64,000 nt of DNA from Macrostomum lignano (taxonomy: Eukaryota): NCBI GenBank assembly GCA_002269645.1, contig NIVC01002088.1, positions 141,631 through 205,630 on the forward strand. Direction: 5' to 3'. Under the pieces are notes generated by a model. It saw only the letters and a list, made by a program, of their open reading frames with translations, was not told the DNA's origin and ran no database searches. The number at the start of each line of letters is the position of its first letter. Positions within the stretch are counted from its first letter, which is position 1. The translations under genes and the position numbers were made by a program. Positions 63,294 to 64,000 of the stretch are shown in pieces.

Positions 63294-64000
63294 TTAAGAT
63301 TCGATGTTTCTTTCTAACCTCGGATTGATATAAATATGTTTGTATTGGCTATCATCCCAAATTTTTTTACACATACTTTTAAATGGTTTTGCATCCAATC
63401 CGGGATTAAATCTCGCGTGATATTTTGTAAATCATAATTATCTAAATCAAACATTACACAACAACTTGCATTCTTTTTTATAATCGATTCTAATTCTCTA
63501 AAAGACTGTGTTAGATAAAAGCTCCGATTCCATCTCCTCTACCACTAACAAAAATTTCCTTTTGCAATTCTTGATCACCGTCATTAATACAATCATCAAA
63601 AATAATTAGTGTTTTATCATGTTTTGGAATTTGATCATAGGCTAATCGGGTTGATACTCTAACAGTTGGGGCTCGCGATCGGTGATGTTTTCTGGCTGTT
63701 GTGCCATTGTTTTACATAAATCCTCAATGTCTGCTAGATTAAATCGCGGTTCGTCATCATCCTCATATTGCTCATATGCTCTTAACATCTAAACAAGACA
63801 TCTTTTTTTAATTGTTTTTTAATCCATGTTTAAGAAATTCATAATATTTATTCTAGTTTATTAGTATAAATTATTAAATTATTATAGGTCTAACATTCCA
63901 TCTGTTGTTAATAAATCGTAAACAAAGTGTGTTTTTCCTTTTACCTGATCCTCCGATTACTAAACAAAGAAAAGGATCATTTGGAATATCTTATCGTGTT
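63294..64000 (-). CDS. A32/FtsK-like genome-packaging ATPase, 5'-partial and frameshifted
   Basis: DPFLCLVIGGSG(K)GKT Walker A, KTLIIFDDC Walker B, SGR..YLTQS..KKN motifs. Confidence 0.88.

Larger units (their letters stand above)
51574..64000. mobile_element. Polinton/Maverick (adintovirus-like) endogenous dsDNA virus, left portion; continues beyond the window
   Basis: AGTAGT terminus, abrupt switch to intronless AT-rich gene-dense DNA, pPolB, adenain-like protease, minor capsid protein, A32-like ATPase and a pX-like protein. Integrase and major capsid protein are not in the window. Confidence 0.95.

Overview
Metazoan genomic DNA with spliceosomal introns, GC-rich exons and very dense tandem repeats. 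The style suggests a repeat-rich invertebrate such as a Macrostomum-like flatworm, which is inference only. Host genes, left to right: the 3' part of a polycystin-1-family gene (409-5400, +), a CFAP97D/KIAA1430-family gene (9117-13176, -), an M1AP homolog (21030-23905, -), a CDP-diacylglycerol synthase gene (27875-42636, -) whose introns hold five different satellites, and an unknown repeat-rich gene (45433-51574, +). Mobile DNA: a young Ty3/Gypsy element with identical LTRs and a 5-bp TSD (16059-20742), an internally deleted piggyBac, hAT-type MITEs, two tRNA-derived SINE families and a foldback-like array pair. The main discovery is a Polinton/Maverick (adintovirus-like) endogenous virus running from 51574 past the window end. 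It begins AGTAGT inside a predicted exon of the host gene and encodes protein-primed PolB, a pX-like protein, an adenain-like protease, a penton-like minor capsid protein, a packaging ATPase and a fibre-like protein with two predicted carbohydrate-binding domains. Its left end carries nested inverted repeats. An AAA-loop double hairpin sits in frame inside polB, and a 17-nt part of it recurs right after the penton stop codon. Most frameshifts in the window can be repaired by one base, often in a homopolymer, so they may be assembly errors rather than real lesions.
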